Source: Actinomycetota bacterium
GTDB lineage: Bacteria > Actinomycetota > Acidimicrobiia > Acidimicrobiales > Ilumatobacteraceae
DNA length: 43,758 nucleotides
Reading direction: 5' to 3'
NCBI GenBank assembly: GCA_018882725.1
Contig: VERK01000001.1
Location: 1 to 43,758, forward strand
Shown: positions 10,299 to 18,544 of the stretch, one piece after another
Numbering within the stretch: position 1 is the stretch's first letter
How the letters are laid out: every line of letters starts with the position of its first letter
Translations under genes and position numbers: made by a program
The notes under the pieces: generated by a model
What the model saw: the letters and a program-made list of their open reading frames with translations, nothing else
Database searches by the model: none
Told to the model about the DNA's origin: nothing

Positions 10299-11534
10299 TC
10301 AGCCGATGCGGCTGGGCGTTTCTTGTCGCCGCCGCTGTCGCCAGCCCGTCGGCAGAGTGCGGTCGAGCACGTCGTCGACCGTGATGGCTCCGAGCAGACG
10401 GCCGGCTTCGTCACACACGCCGATCGACAGCATGTTGTACGAGGCCAGACGCTCGGCGACCTCGCGGTCGCTGATGTCGGGGGTGATGGTTGGTTCGGTT
10501 TCGAGACACTTGCCGAGTTCCATGCTGGGGGGCTCGCGCAGGAGTCGCTGAAAGTGAACCACACCGAGGTACTTCCCGGTGGGTGGTTTGTACGGGGGAC
10601 GACACACGAACACTTGAGCCGCGATCGACACGAGCCATTCGGGGTCGCGCACCTGGGCCAAGGCCTCGGCCACGGTCGACGTGGGTCCGAGCACGATGAT
10701 CTCGGGGGTCATCAGACCACCGGCGGTTCCTTCTTCGTAGGAGAGGAGACGACGCATCATGTCGGCGTCTTCGTCGTCCATGGCTTCGAGGATCTTGGTT
10801 CGCTGATCGCCGGGCAACTCGGCCAACAAGTCGGCCAAGTCGTCCACTTCCATCTCGTCGAGAACGGCGATGAGGCGTTCCATGTCGAGACCCTGAATCA
10901 GACCGACTTGCTCGGCCTCGGGCAACTCTTCGAGCACATCAGCCAAGCGATCGTCATCCATGGCGTCGGCCAATTGGCGACGCTGGGCCAGTGGCAGCGA
11001 TCGCACCACATTGGCCACGTCGGTCGGGTGCATGTCGTGCAGACGGGCGGCTTCGGCGGCCATCTCGGTAGTGGCGGCGAAGAGGTGTCCGACCTCGGTC
11101 CATTCGACGAGGCGGTGACTCGGCCGACGACGCAAGGCAGTTCGCTTGGCCAAACGAACCTGGCTGATGTCCCAGCCACCCGAGCGCGAGTCGGAGCGCC
11201 AGCGCAGCGCGACGTCGGTGACGGTCTCACCGTTGATGCGTCGATCGATCACATCGCGACCCAGAAGACGCTCACCCTTCTTCTGCTTGAACGGGTTCAG
11301 GTCGATGTCCCACGAACGCAAACGGACGCCTTCGTCGCCGATCTCGGCCACTTTGCCGGCGTTGACGAAAATGCGACGACGCTGGCTGGTGGCGGTGAAG
11401 CCCACGACCCGAGGTGACGATCCGGACCGTCCAGGCACGACCACGATGTCGTCGACGCGGCCGATGCTGGCTCCGCCGGCGTCGAGCAACGGCAGCCGCA
11501 TGATGCGGAATGCGTAGATCAGTTCGCCAGCCAT
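10299..11534 (-). CDS. MgtE N-terminal domain + tandem CBS domain protein with no membrane channel domain
   Basis: 411 aa. Acidic helical MgtE_N-type repeats (DDDRLADVLEELPEAEQ...LDEMEVDDLADLLAELPGDQR...MDDEDADMMRRLL), then a CBS pair (MTPEIIVL..., LLGAITVDDVLD). No TM segment. Ends 46 nt upstream of the DUF1003 start. Confidence 0.8.
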   Translation of the reverse strand: MAGELIYAFRIMRLPLLDAGGASIGRVDDIVVVPGRSGSSPRVVGFTATSQRRRIFVNAGKVAEIGDEGVRLRSWDIDLNPFKQKKGERLLGRDVIDRRINGETVTDVALRWRSDSRSGGWDISQVRLAKRTALRRRPSHRLVEWTEVGHLFAATTEMAAEAARLHDMHPTDVANVVRSLPLAQRRQLADAMDDDRLADVLEELPEAEQVGLIQGLDMERLIAVLDEMEVDDLADLLAELPGDQRTKILEAMDDEDADMMRRLLSYEEGTAGGLMTPEIIVLGPTSTVAEALAQVRDPEWLVSIAAQVFVCRPPYKPPTGKYLGVVHFQRLLREPPSMELGKCLETEPTITPDISDREVAERLASYNMLSIGVCDEAGRLLGAITVDDVLDRTLPTGWRQRRRQETPSRIG

Positions 11535-11617
11535 GGGGGCAGGCTACCGGTGGGGGTTTGGCCGAGGGGCGGAGCCTTTCAGTGGTTCAGCCCGTGTTCA
11601 CCCGGGCCGGGACGACG

Positions 11618-12634
11618 TCAACGTGACGCGATGAGCCGTGCGATCGCGCCGAGTCGTTCGAAGCGTTCGGGGTTGCGCGAGGCGTTGTACAGAACGATGC
11701 GAGTAGCGAGACCTTGGTACTTCTCCACCAACGCATCGGCGAGTCCGTCCCACGTGGACTCGGTTGCGAACGTGGCGATGTGATCGTCGGAGATTTGTTG
11801 AGCCATACCCGCGAAGTCACCCGCCTTCTGCTTCTCGCGGATGCGCGCCGTGGTTCCATCGAACCCGGCCTCGTCCCAAATGAACGCATAATTGGGAGTA
11901 CTTCCGTAGAAGCTCAGGCTCGATCGAACGAGGTCACGATCGGCGGCTCGTTCGGCCTCGGTGTCGCCGACGATCGTCATGACCGGGACGATGATCGCGA
12001 TGTCGTCGACCGACCGTCCCGCGGTGCTCACCCCGGCCGCCACTCGAGGAACCACATGCCGCTGCAGATAGCCCGGCTCGCCGATCGGGTGCACGTGCAC
12101 TCCATCGGCGACGCGCCCGGCCATCTCGAGCATCCACGGATTCACTGCTGCGACATCGACCTTCGGGTCGTCCACGGTGATCGGTCCCGGACTCCACTGC
12201 GGTGTGATGAAGTCGAGGTCGTAGAACTCACCGTGATGGTCGAGTCGTCCGGTCCGAAACGCGTTGAAGCAGGCTTTCACTGCAGTCACGTAGTCGGCCA
12301 GCCGCGGACCGGGACGATCGAACGTCATCCCGTAGCGCCGAACGATGTGTGTCTTCACTTGCGTCCCGAGGCCAAGGCGGAAATTCCCACCCGTCGACTC
12401 TTGCAACTCCCATGCGGTGGCGGCCGTGACGAACGGACTACGCGGAAACGCCACCGCGACGCCGGTGGACAGCGATAACCCCGGTGCGGCCTGAGAGGCG
12501 ACGGCGGCATTCAGATAGGCCGTGCGACCACCCTCGGTGAACAGCAGGCCCGAGAAGCCCGCCTCCTGAACTCGTCGAGCGAACGGGCCGATCTGTGCGA
12601 GCGGTAGCGGGGTGGTCATCACGTCGACGTGCAC
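11618..12634 (-). CDS. LLM-class F420/flavin-dependent oxidoreductase
   Basis: 338 aa. Luciferase-like TIM-barrel pattern (GFSGLLFTEGGRTAY, FRLGLGTQV, DRPGPRLADYV). GTG 12634 fits the family N-terminus. ATG 12619 is an alternative start. Confidence 0.8.
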   Translation of the reverse strand: MHVDVMTTPLPLAQIGPFARRVQEAGFSGLLFTEGGRTAYLNAAVASQAAPGLSLSTGVAVAFPRSPFVTAATAWELQESTGGNFRLGLGTQVKTHIVRRYGMTFDRPGPRLADYVTAVKACFNAFRTGRLDHHGEFYDLDFITPQWSPGPITVDDPKVDVAAVNPWMLEMAGRVADGVHVHPIGEPGYLQRHVVPRVAAGVSTAGRSVDDIAIIVPVMTIVGDTEAERAADRDLVRSSLSFYGSTPNYAFIWDEAGFDGTTARIREKQKAGDFAGMAQQISDDHIATFATESTWDGLADALVEKYQGLATRIVLYNASRNPERFERLGAIARLIASR

Positions 12635-12672
12635 GGACGCAGATTACGCCCGCTGTGATCGACGTGGTCAGG

Positions 12673-13998
12673 TCATTCGCCGGCTGATGTGGGCAGCTGG
12701 TCGTCGCGTACTCCACCACCGGGACGGAAGGTGGACGCACGGTCGTCCTGGTTCGACTGCATCTGCTGCATCATCGTGACCAACTCGGCCGATGCACGCT
12801 CGTCGGCCATGATCTTCTGCATCACGGCCGCACCCGCACCCGCCATCAACGTGGCTTGGTTGTCGTTGAGGAACTTCATCGACGCCCGCTGACGCTCGGT
12901 GGTGCGATTGATCTCCGGCATCACGTATCGCGCGACCATGTCCCACGAACGCCGGGTGTTCTCGCGGTTGGCCCAGTCGTGGGCGAATCCGAGGACCACG
13001 CCAAACCCGCCGGTGAGTTGCTGCAGATTGCGAATGGCGTTCACGAGGTCGTCGGGGGTGCCCACGACGGCGACTCCACCACCCACGGTCTGGTCGAGTA
13101 GTGCCCACTTGTCGTCGACGTGTTGCGCACCAGGGCGGCCAAGAGTCCAGACGTTGTACTCGTTGTGCCAACGCTGCAGACCGTCCACGGCTTCGTTGCG
13201 TGCCTGCTCGCGGGTTTCGGCGATATGCCAACTCATGAGAATTCGCCAGTTGCGACGGTCGACGACTTGACCATGCTTGGCCGCCGACTCTTCGGCGAAC
13301 GACCACTGTGTGGGCAGCGCAGCCAGACCCGCGGTGCTGTTCGACGCGATCGACAGAACACCGCAGCCGTACTTGCCCGCCATCTGCATACCCGACGGTG
13401 AAAGTGTGGACGCGGTGGCCACCGAGATGTGATCTTGTACGGGGAGCAACTGCAACTGTGCGTCGCGCAGAGTGAACCAGTCGCTCTCGTGGGTGAAGCG
13501 ATCCTCTCCGCGCAGGAGGCGCAGGATCACACCCATCGCCTCGTCCTGGCGATCGCGCTGCACGAGCGGGTCGATGCCGAGCGTCCAGGCGTCGCTCGGA
13601 AGCGCTCCCGGTCCGGTGCCGAACATGGCGCGACCCTTGGTCATGTGATCGAGCTGGACGATGCGCTGCGCCACGTTGAAGGGGTGGTGATACGGAAGCG
13701 ACACCACACCGGTACCGAGCATGATGTTGTTCGTGCGTTGACCGGCGGCGGCGAGGAACATCTCGGGTGACGCGATCATCTCCCAACCACTCGAGTGGTG
13801 CTCGCCGCACCAGAACTCGTCGAAGCCGAGATGGTCGAGATGGGCTGCGAACTCGATGTCGCTCTGGAACTGGAGGGTCGGGTTCTCGCCCACCGGGTGA
13901 TGCGGGGCGAGGAAGGTTCCGAACTTCAGGCGGGGCGGTCGTCCACCGGGCAGGCCAGTCGTCATGTGATGAACAGTAGGTCCGTTGCTGGAAGCCAT
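12673..13998 (-). CDS. LLM-class flavin-dependent monooxygenase (LimB-like)
   Basis: 441 aa. KFGTFLAPHHP, GFDEFWCGEHHSS and LPYHHPFNVAQRIVQLDHMTKGR are typical of luciferase-like monooxygenases. ATG 13965 is an alternative start. Confidence 0.8.
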   Translation of the reverse strand: MASSNGPTVHHMTTGLPGGRPPRLKFGTFLAPHHPVGENPTLQFQSDIEFAAHLDHLGFDEFWCGEHHSSGWEMIASPEMFLAAAGQRTNNIMLGTGVVSLPYHHPFNVAQRIVQLDHMTKGRAMFGTGPGALPSDAWTLGIDPLVQRDRQDEAMGVILRLLRGEDRFTHESDWFTLRDAQLQLLPVQDHISVATASTLSPSGMQMAGKYGCGVLSIASNSTAGLAALPTQWSFAEESAAKHGQVVDRRNWRILMSWHIAETREQARNEAVDGLQRWHNEYNVWTLGRPGAQHVDDKWALLDQTVGGGVAVVGTPDDLVNAIRNLQQLTGGFGVVLGFAHDWANRENTRRSWDMVARYVMPEINRTTERQRASMKFLNDNQATLMAGAGAAVMQKIMADERASAELVTMMQQMQSNQDDRASTFRPGGGVRDDQLPTSAGE

Positions 13999-14050
13999 CG
14001 TCAGTGGAGGCGCGTCACCAGGGTCGACGGCTAACCTGAGGAAGCCCTTC

Positions 14051-14124
14051 GGGGACGTAGCTCAGCTGGCTAGAGCACCTGCTTTGCAAGCAGGGGGTCG
14101 TGGGTTCGAGTCCCATCGTCTCCA
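14051..14124 (+). tRNA. tRNA-Ala (anticodon TGC), CCA not encoded
   Basis: Cloverleaf: acceptor GGGGACG/CGTCTCC including the G3:U70 alanine identity pair, anticodon stem CCTGC/GCAGG with loop TTTGCAA, T arm GTGGG-TTCGAGT-CCCAT. Followed by CTC rather than CCA. Confidence 0.95.
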
Positions 14125-14141
14125 CTCTGTACCGTTCGCGC

Positions 14142-14945
14142 ATGGCGACGGCGTACGACATCATCCAGCGGTTCGGTTCGGTCGAGGACGATCAGAGGTA
14201 CACCCGGCTCGTCGAATTGTTCACCGAAGATGCCGTGTACTGCGATCCGTTCGCGGGCGCTCAGCGTGGCAAGGCAGCCATCGCCGACTTCATGGGCGAG
14301 ATGGAGCGCGTCATCCCGAAGATGGGGGTGTACTTCGCCAACTGGGAGACCAAGGCCGACTCGCACGTCGGTTGGTCGCGTTGGGAGATGGTGGTCCCGG
14401 TCGACGGGGTCGAGCATCCGATCAAGGGTCAGAGCCTGTATCGACTCCGTGACGGCAAGGTGTGTTTCGCGGCCGACTACGTCGACTCGGCTGCGTACCG
14501 ACGCATTCGACCCGATCGCGCGCCCGATCTGGGCTTCGCGGCTGCCGAGAACAAGGGCACGAATGCGGGTGGCCCAGCGGCTGATGTGGTGCGTCGCTTC
14601 TGGGAACTCCAGACCTCAGCGCGCTACAGCGAACTGGCTGCTCTCTTCGCGCCCGATTCGGTGTTCACCGATCAGGTGTACGGAGTGTTCGAGGGCCACG
14701 CTGCGGTGAGTGCGTATCTGCGTCGTATGGAAACCGAGATGCCCGAAGATGGAGTCACGTTCACACTCGACGACTGTGGTGGAGAAGACACCGTCGCGTG
14801 GTCGCAGTGGACGTGTCACGTGCCGAATGGATCGTTCCCGGGTTGGACACTGCACACGCTGCGTGACGGCTTGATCACTCTCGACTCCGATTATTTCGAC
14901 GTGGTGAAGGCTCGTCAACTGCACAAGGCGCGACACGCCGGTTGA
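14142..14945 (+). CDS. Tandem NTF2-like / SnoaL-like domain protein
   Basis: Track ORF 14100..14945 overlaps the tRNA, so it was trimmed to ATG 14142 (267 aa). Two similar halves, each with a SnoaL-type pattern (LFTEDAVYCDPF...GKAAIADFM and LFAPDSVFTDQVYG...GHAAVSAYL). Confidence 0.6.
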   Translation: MATAYDIIQRFGSVEDDQRYTRLVELFTEDAVYCDPFAGAQRGKAAIADFMGEMERVIPKMGVYFANWETKADSHVGWSRWEMVVPVDGVEHPIKGQSLYRLRDGKVCFAADYVDSAAYRRIRPDRAPDLGFAAAENKGTNAGGPAADVVRRFWELQTSARYSELAALFAPDSVFTDQVYGVFEGHAAVSAYLRRMETEMPEDGVTFTLDDCGGEDTVAWSQWTCHVPNGSFPGWTLHTLRDGLITLDSDYFDVVKARQLHKARHAG

Positions 14946-14960
14946 TACGCGAGTACGTGG

Positions 14961-15752
14961 TCAGCGTCCGACCACGACCACGGTGGTACCGATACCCGCC
15001 CATCCGTACACGCGCTTCGCGTCGTTGAACGCCAAACGCGCGCAGCCATCCGACAACGGCCAACCCAGGTCGTCGATGCTCTGAACCAATTGATTGCGGA
15101 CACTCGGAATGCCGTGGGTTCCCACACTCGACACCGTTCGTTGGTAGCGCACCATGAAGCGACCCGAAGCACCTTCAGGGGTCCACAATCGCTCGCTCTT
15201 CGAGTACACGCGGAATCGGCCACGCAACTCGTAGCCCGATTCGGTCGGCCGACGCCGGCCCGACATGAGGAATGTGGACGACACTCGGCCGCTCGACTCG
15301 ACCAACCACACTTGTTGAGCGGTGATGTCGACCACCATGCGTCGACCGGAGCCCGAATCGCTTGGTAGGGGAAGCAGTCGATTACCCGTGAGCAACGTGA
15401 TAGTGCCGAGTGACTCGACCACGGTGTCTTCACCCACCATCGCATCGACCACGAGAGTGATGGTCGAGCCGAATGGCGCAGGTGCACGGAGCCACACATC
15501 GAGCGGCCCGGGTTCGTGCGGAACCAACCCCACCTGGATCACTTTGTTCGCGTTTCGGTAACGCACGTGATCGGCTCCGGTCGGAACGTCGGGACCGATG
15601 AGATGGAAGAGGCCGGCGTCCGATTGCGAGTCGTCGGCCAGTCGCAACGGTGACGGCTCGGGCGGTATCGACGCCTGAGCGTTGCTCGTATGGAGCGGCG
15701 GCAGCAACGCGACGGCGACGAGAATCGAGCGCGCGACGAGCCGTTTCATCAC
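14961..15752 (-). CDS. L,D-transpeptidase family (YkuD domain) secreted protein
   Basis: 263 aa. N-terminal signal peptide (MMKRLVARSILVAVALLPPLHTSNAQA). C-terminal YkuD-like segment GTHGIP...LSDGCARL. Confidence 0.75.
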   Translation of the reverse strand: MMKRLVARSILVAVALLPPLHTSNAQASIPPEPSPLRLADDSQSDAGLFHLIGPDVPTGADHVRYRNANKVIQVGLVPHEPGPLDVWLRAPAPFGSTITLVVDAMVGEDTVVESLGTITLLTGNRLLPLPSDSGSGRRMVVDITAQQVWLVESSGRVSSTFLMSGRRRPTESGYELRGRFRVYSKSERLWTPEGASGRFMVRYQRTVSSVGTHGIPSVRNQLVQSIDDLGWPLSDGCARLAFNDAKRVYGWAGIGTTVVVVGR

Positions 15753-15762
15753 TCGGAGTGTG

Positions 15763-16584
15763 TCACGCCAGACGATGCGTGAGCGCGAAGGCGACCGCGG
15801 CGGCGTGACCCACGTTCAGCGAATCGACGTCATCAGCGATCGGAATGCGCGCTCGCGAATCGCAGGCACCGAGGGTGGTCGTATCGAGTCCGAAACCTTC
15901 GCTGCCGAGTACGAGCGCGAGTGGTCCGTCACTGGGAAGTCGGATGTCGGTCAGGGTCGGGGCCGATCGATCGGGTGTGAGTGCGAGCGATGATCCTCCG
16001 TGGCGACGAACCGCCGCGAGCACGTCGGCAATTGTCGAGCGCACGATCGGCAGGAACAGGATCTCTCCCATCGACACGCGAATGGTGCGTCGGTAGTACG
16101 GGTCGGCACAGGTCGGGTCGAGAACGAGGGCGTCGATCTCGAAGGCGCGGGCCGAGCGGGCGATGGCCCCGAGGTTCTCGTGGTCGTTGAGACCTTCGAG
16201 AACCGCCAGTCGGTGTGGTCGACCACGTGGAGTGGGTCGCGACAGCACCTCGTCGAGGCTCATGAGCGGCGGGCGCGCGGCCGAGGCGATCACACCGCGA
16301 TGAAGATCGAAGCCGGCGACTGCCGAGATGACGGCGCGTTCGGCGATGAAGATCGGAGCAGTCACGTCGATGAGAGTCGCTGCCATGTCGTCGACGCGAT
16401 TCGGGGCCAAAACGATCGATCGGATCGGCAGGCCACTGGCCACCAGACGACGGACCACTTCGGGTCCTTCGGCGATGAAGAACTGCTCGGTCTCGTGACG
16501 CCGAACGATGTCGCGGTCGGTCAGTCCGATGTAGTCAGCGAGACGCGAGTCGGCCGGGTCGTCGATGATCGGCCAGTCGCGCAC
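15763..16584 (-). CDS. TrmH/SpoU-family RNA 2'-O-methyltransferase
   Basis: 273 aa, GTG start. SpoU motifs LEGLNDHENLGAIARSA, ALVLGSEGFGL and IPIADDVDSLNVGHAAAVA. Confidence 0.85.
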   Translation of the reverse strand: MRDWPIIDDPADSRLADYIGLTDRDIVRRHETEQFFIAEGPEVVRRLVASGLPIRSIVLAPNRVDDMAATLIDVTAPIFIAERAVISAVAGFDLHRGVIASAARPPLMSLDEVLSRPTPRGRPHRLAVLEGLNDHENLGAIARSARAFEIDALVLDPTCADPYYRRTIRVSMGEILFLPIVRSTIADVLAAVRRHGGSSLALTPDRSAPTLTDIRLPSDGPLALVLGSEGFGLDTTTLGACDSRARIPIADDVDSLNVGHAAAVAFALTHRLA

Positions 16585-16657
16585 GACCTCATTCTTGTCG
16601 GTCGGTTCGTGGCGATCGGATTCCGCGTCCTCACCGCGGTCATGGCATCGTGTTGGT

Positions 16658-17887
16658 ATGAGTTCGCTCGAGCGCGTGGTGGTCGTGGGTGCGTCGCTCG
16701 CCGGACTTCGTGCGGCCGAAACGTTGCGTCAGGTCGGCTGGTCGGGTGCCCTCACCATGGTGAGCGACGAAGTTGACATGCCCTATGACCGCCCTCCGTT
16801 GTCGAAGAAGTTGTTGGCTGGCGAATGGGAGCCCGAGCGCATTCGTTTGCGTCGCCCCGACGACTTCGATGGCCTGCGCGCCGAATGGGTGCTTGGTGAT
16901 CGTGCGGTGTCACTCGACGTCGCGAATCGAATCGTCACGCTCTCGTCGGGTCGACAACTCGAATTCGACGGGCTCGTCATCGCCACTGGGGCAACCGTTC
17001 GGCGCCTGCCCGGACAGCCCGACTGGCCCGGCATCCACACGTTGCGATCACTGGCCGACTCGCTCGCTCTGCGCACCGAACTCGAGCCAGGTCGTCGTGT
17101 GGTGGTGATCGGCGCCGGCTTCATCGGTTTGGAGGTGGCGGCCACCGCGCGAACCAAGGGCTGTGATGTGACCGTTCTCGAAGGTGCCGAAGCACCGATG
17201 ATGCGCGGACTCGGCTCGACCATGGGTCGTCGCGCTGCTCTCGTTCACGCCGACAACGGAGTCGACATCCGATGCGGGGTGAGCGTTTCCGAGTTGACAC
17301 GTGGCGACGATGGTCGCGTGGGTGGTGTGCGTTTGTCGAGCGGCGAAGTGGTTCCGGCCGACGTGGTCGTGGTGGGTGTGGGAGTTGCCCCGTCCACGTC
17401 GTGGCTCGACGGTTCGGGTCTCACCATCCGCGACGGTGTGGTGTGCGACGAGTTCTTGCGCGCAGGGGTGCCGGGTATCTACGCCGCGGGCGACGTCGTC
17501 CGCTGGCCGCACCGACTCCTCCAACGCGAAGTCCGCATCGAACACTGGACAAACGCGTCCGAACAGGGCGCCGTCGCGGCCAAGAACCTCGTGGCGTCGT
17601 TCGGCGCTGAGGCTCAGACCGCGTACGCCGAGGTTCCTTTCTTTTGGAGCGATCAGTTCACCTCGCGTATCCAGTTCCTCGGTCGTGCCGAACCGGACGA
17701 CTCCGTGGAGGTCGTGGTCGGAGGACCGGACGACCGTGCCTTCGTCGCGCTGTATCACCGCGACGGGCGTCTGACGGCGGCGCTCGGTGTGAGCCGACCC
17801 AAGCAGGTGATGCCGTTCCGTCGTCTGCTTGCGGAGCGCGCGACGATCGACGAGGCGCGTACCCTCGCCGCGTCGTTCGCGGTCTGA
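16658..17887 (+). CDS. FAD-dependent pyridine nucleotide-disulfide oxidoreductase (ferredoxin-reductase-like)
   Basis: Track ORF 16565..17887 trimmed to ATG 16658 (409 aa). FAD motif VVVVGASLAGLRAA, NAD motif VVVIGAGFIGLEVA, and the IYAAGDV motif. Confidence 0.85.
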   Translation: MSSLERVVVVGASLAGLRAAETLRQVGWSGALTMVSDEVDMPYDRPPLSKKLLAGEWEPERIRLRRPDDFDGLRAEWVLGDRAVSLDVANRIVTLSSGRQLEFDGLVIATGATVRRLPGQPDWPGIHTLRSLADSLALRTELEPGRRVVVIGAGFIGLEVAATARTKGCDVTVLEGAEAPMMRGLGSTMGRRAALVHADNGVDIRCGVSVSELTRGDDGRVGGVRLSSGEVVPADVVVVGVGVAPSTSWLDGSGLTIRDGVVCDEFLRAGVPGIYAAGDVVRWPHRLLQREVRIEHWTNASEQGAVAAKNLVASFGAEAQTAYAEVPFFWSDQFTSRIQFLGRAEPDDSVEVVVGGPDDRAFVALYHRDGRLTAALGVSRPKQVMPFRRLLAERATIDEARTLAASFAV

Positions 17888-17997
17888 ACGCGACCATCGA
17901 ACCGACGTTGCGACAGGTCGTTGCAAACGGAACTTTCTCGTGACAACCCGGACAGGGTTCGTTACGATTTCGGTTGCTTCACCTGGGGAGGAAGAAG

Positions 17998-18444
17998 ATG
18001 CCGAGGCTCGACGCCGAACGAATCGCGTTGTGGCGCGCCATGCAGACCGCGACCGAAGTCGTCTCCCGCCTCATCGAAGCCGAGATGGCTGACGAGTTCC
18101 AACTGTCGCTTCCCCAGTTCGATCTCCTGGCCGTGCTGGCTCACAACGACGATCAGATGCGTGTGAAGGAACTGTGCGAGGCCTTGTCGGCCGTGCCGTC
18201 CAGCCTCTCGCGGCGTATCGACGCGCTGGTCGAACGTGGCTACTTGCTCCGCGAACCGGCTCCCACCGCCGACGACAATCGGGCCGTCATGGTGCGCCTC
18301 ACCCGGATGGGTCGTTTGGTCTGGCGTGACGCCAACATCCTCTACCGACGGGCCATCCAGCGCGAGTTCGCCGCCGAGCTCTCCGAGACCGACGTCGGAA
18401 CCATGTCGCGGGCGCTGGCCAAAGTGGCCCCGTTCCGGCCCTGA
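17998..18444 (+). CDS. MarR-family transcriptional regulator
   Basis: Track ORF trimmed to ATG 17998, which is preceded by GGGGAGGAAGAAG (148 aa). Winged-helix pattern LSLPQFDLLAVLA...MRVKELCEAL...SLSRRIDALVERGYL. Confidence 0.85.
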   Translation: MPRLDAERIALWRAMQTATEVVSRLIEAEMADEFQLSLPQFDLLAVLAHNDDQMRVKELCEALSAVPSSLSRRIDALVERGYLLREPAPTADDNRAVMVRLTRMGRLVWRDANILYRRAIQREFAAELSETDVGTMSRALAKVAPFRP

Positions 18445-18497
18445 ATGAGCCGTTCGCGCGTCGCCTGATTCGTCGTTGGCCCAGTGGGGCCAGCAGA

Positions 18498-18530
18498 CTG
18501 ACGGGGCTCACCACTGAGCCTCACCGTCAG
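18498..18530 (+). other. 13-bp GC-rich stem-loop between marR and the thiolase SD (terminator or 5' leader structure)
   Basis: CTGACGG-GGCTCA-CCAC-TGAGCC-(TCA bulge)-CCGTCAG, read directly. It ends 2 nt before the AAGGAG SD (18533-18538) of the thiolase. No T-tract. A second small hairpin, GGCCC-AGTG-GGGCC, lies at 18478-18491. Confidence 0.45.
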
Positions 18531-18544
18531 GCAAGGAGACTCCC

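Noticed and set aside
10251-11417. 388-aa ORF antisense to the MgtE_N/CBS gene
   Set aside because: Shadow ORF. The opposite strand encodes recognisable domains, and this frame gives a repetitive G/H/V-rich sequence with no motifs.
12668-13810. 380-aa minus-strand ORF overlapping the LLM monooxygenase in another frame
   Set aside because: Extremely Arg/Pro-rich translation (an off-frame reading of GC-rich codons). The 441-aa frame carries the luciferase-like motifs.
17901-17965. Imperfect repeats upstream of marR (CGTTGC x2 around CGAC-AG-GTCG; GTGACAACCC-GGACA-GGGTTCGTTAC) as MarR operators
   Set aside because: Only 4-5-bp perfect cores. Such short palindromes are frequent at this GC content. 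They are plausible operators but the sequence alone cannot support the claim.
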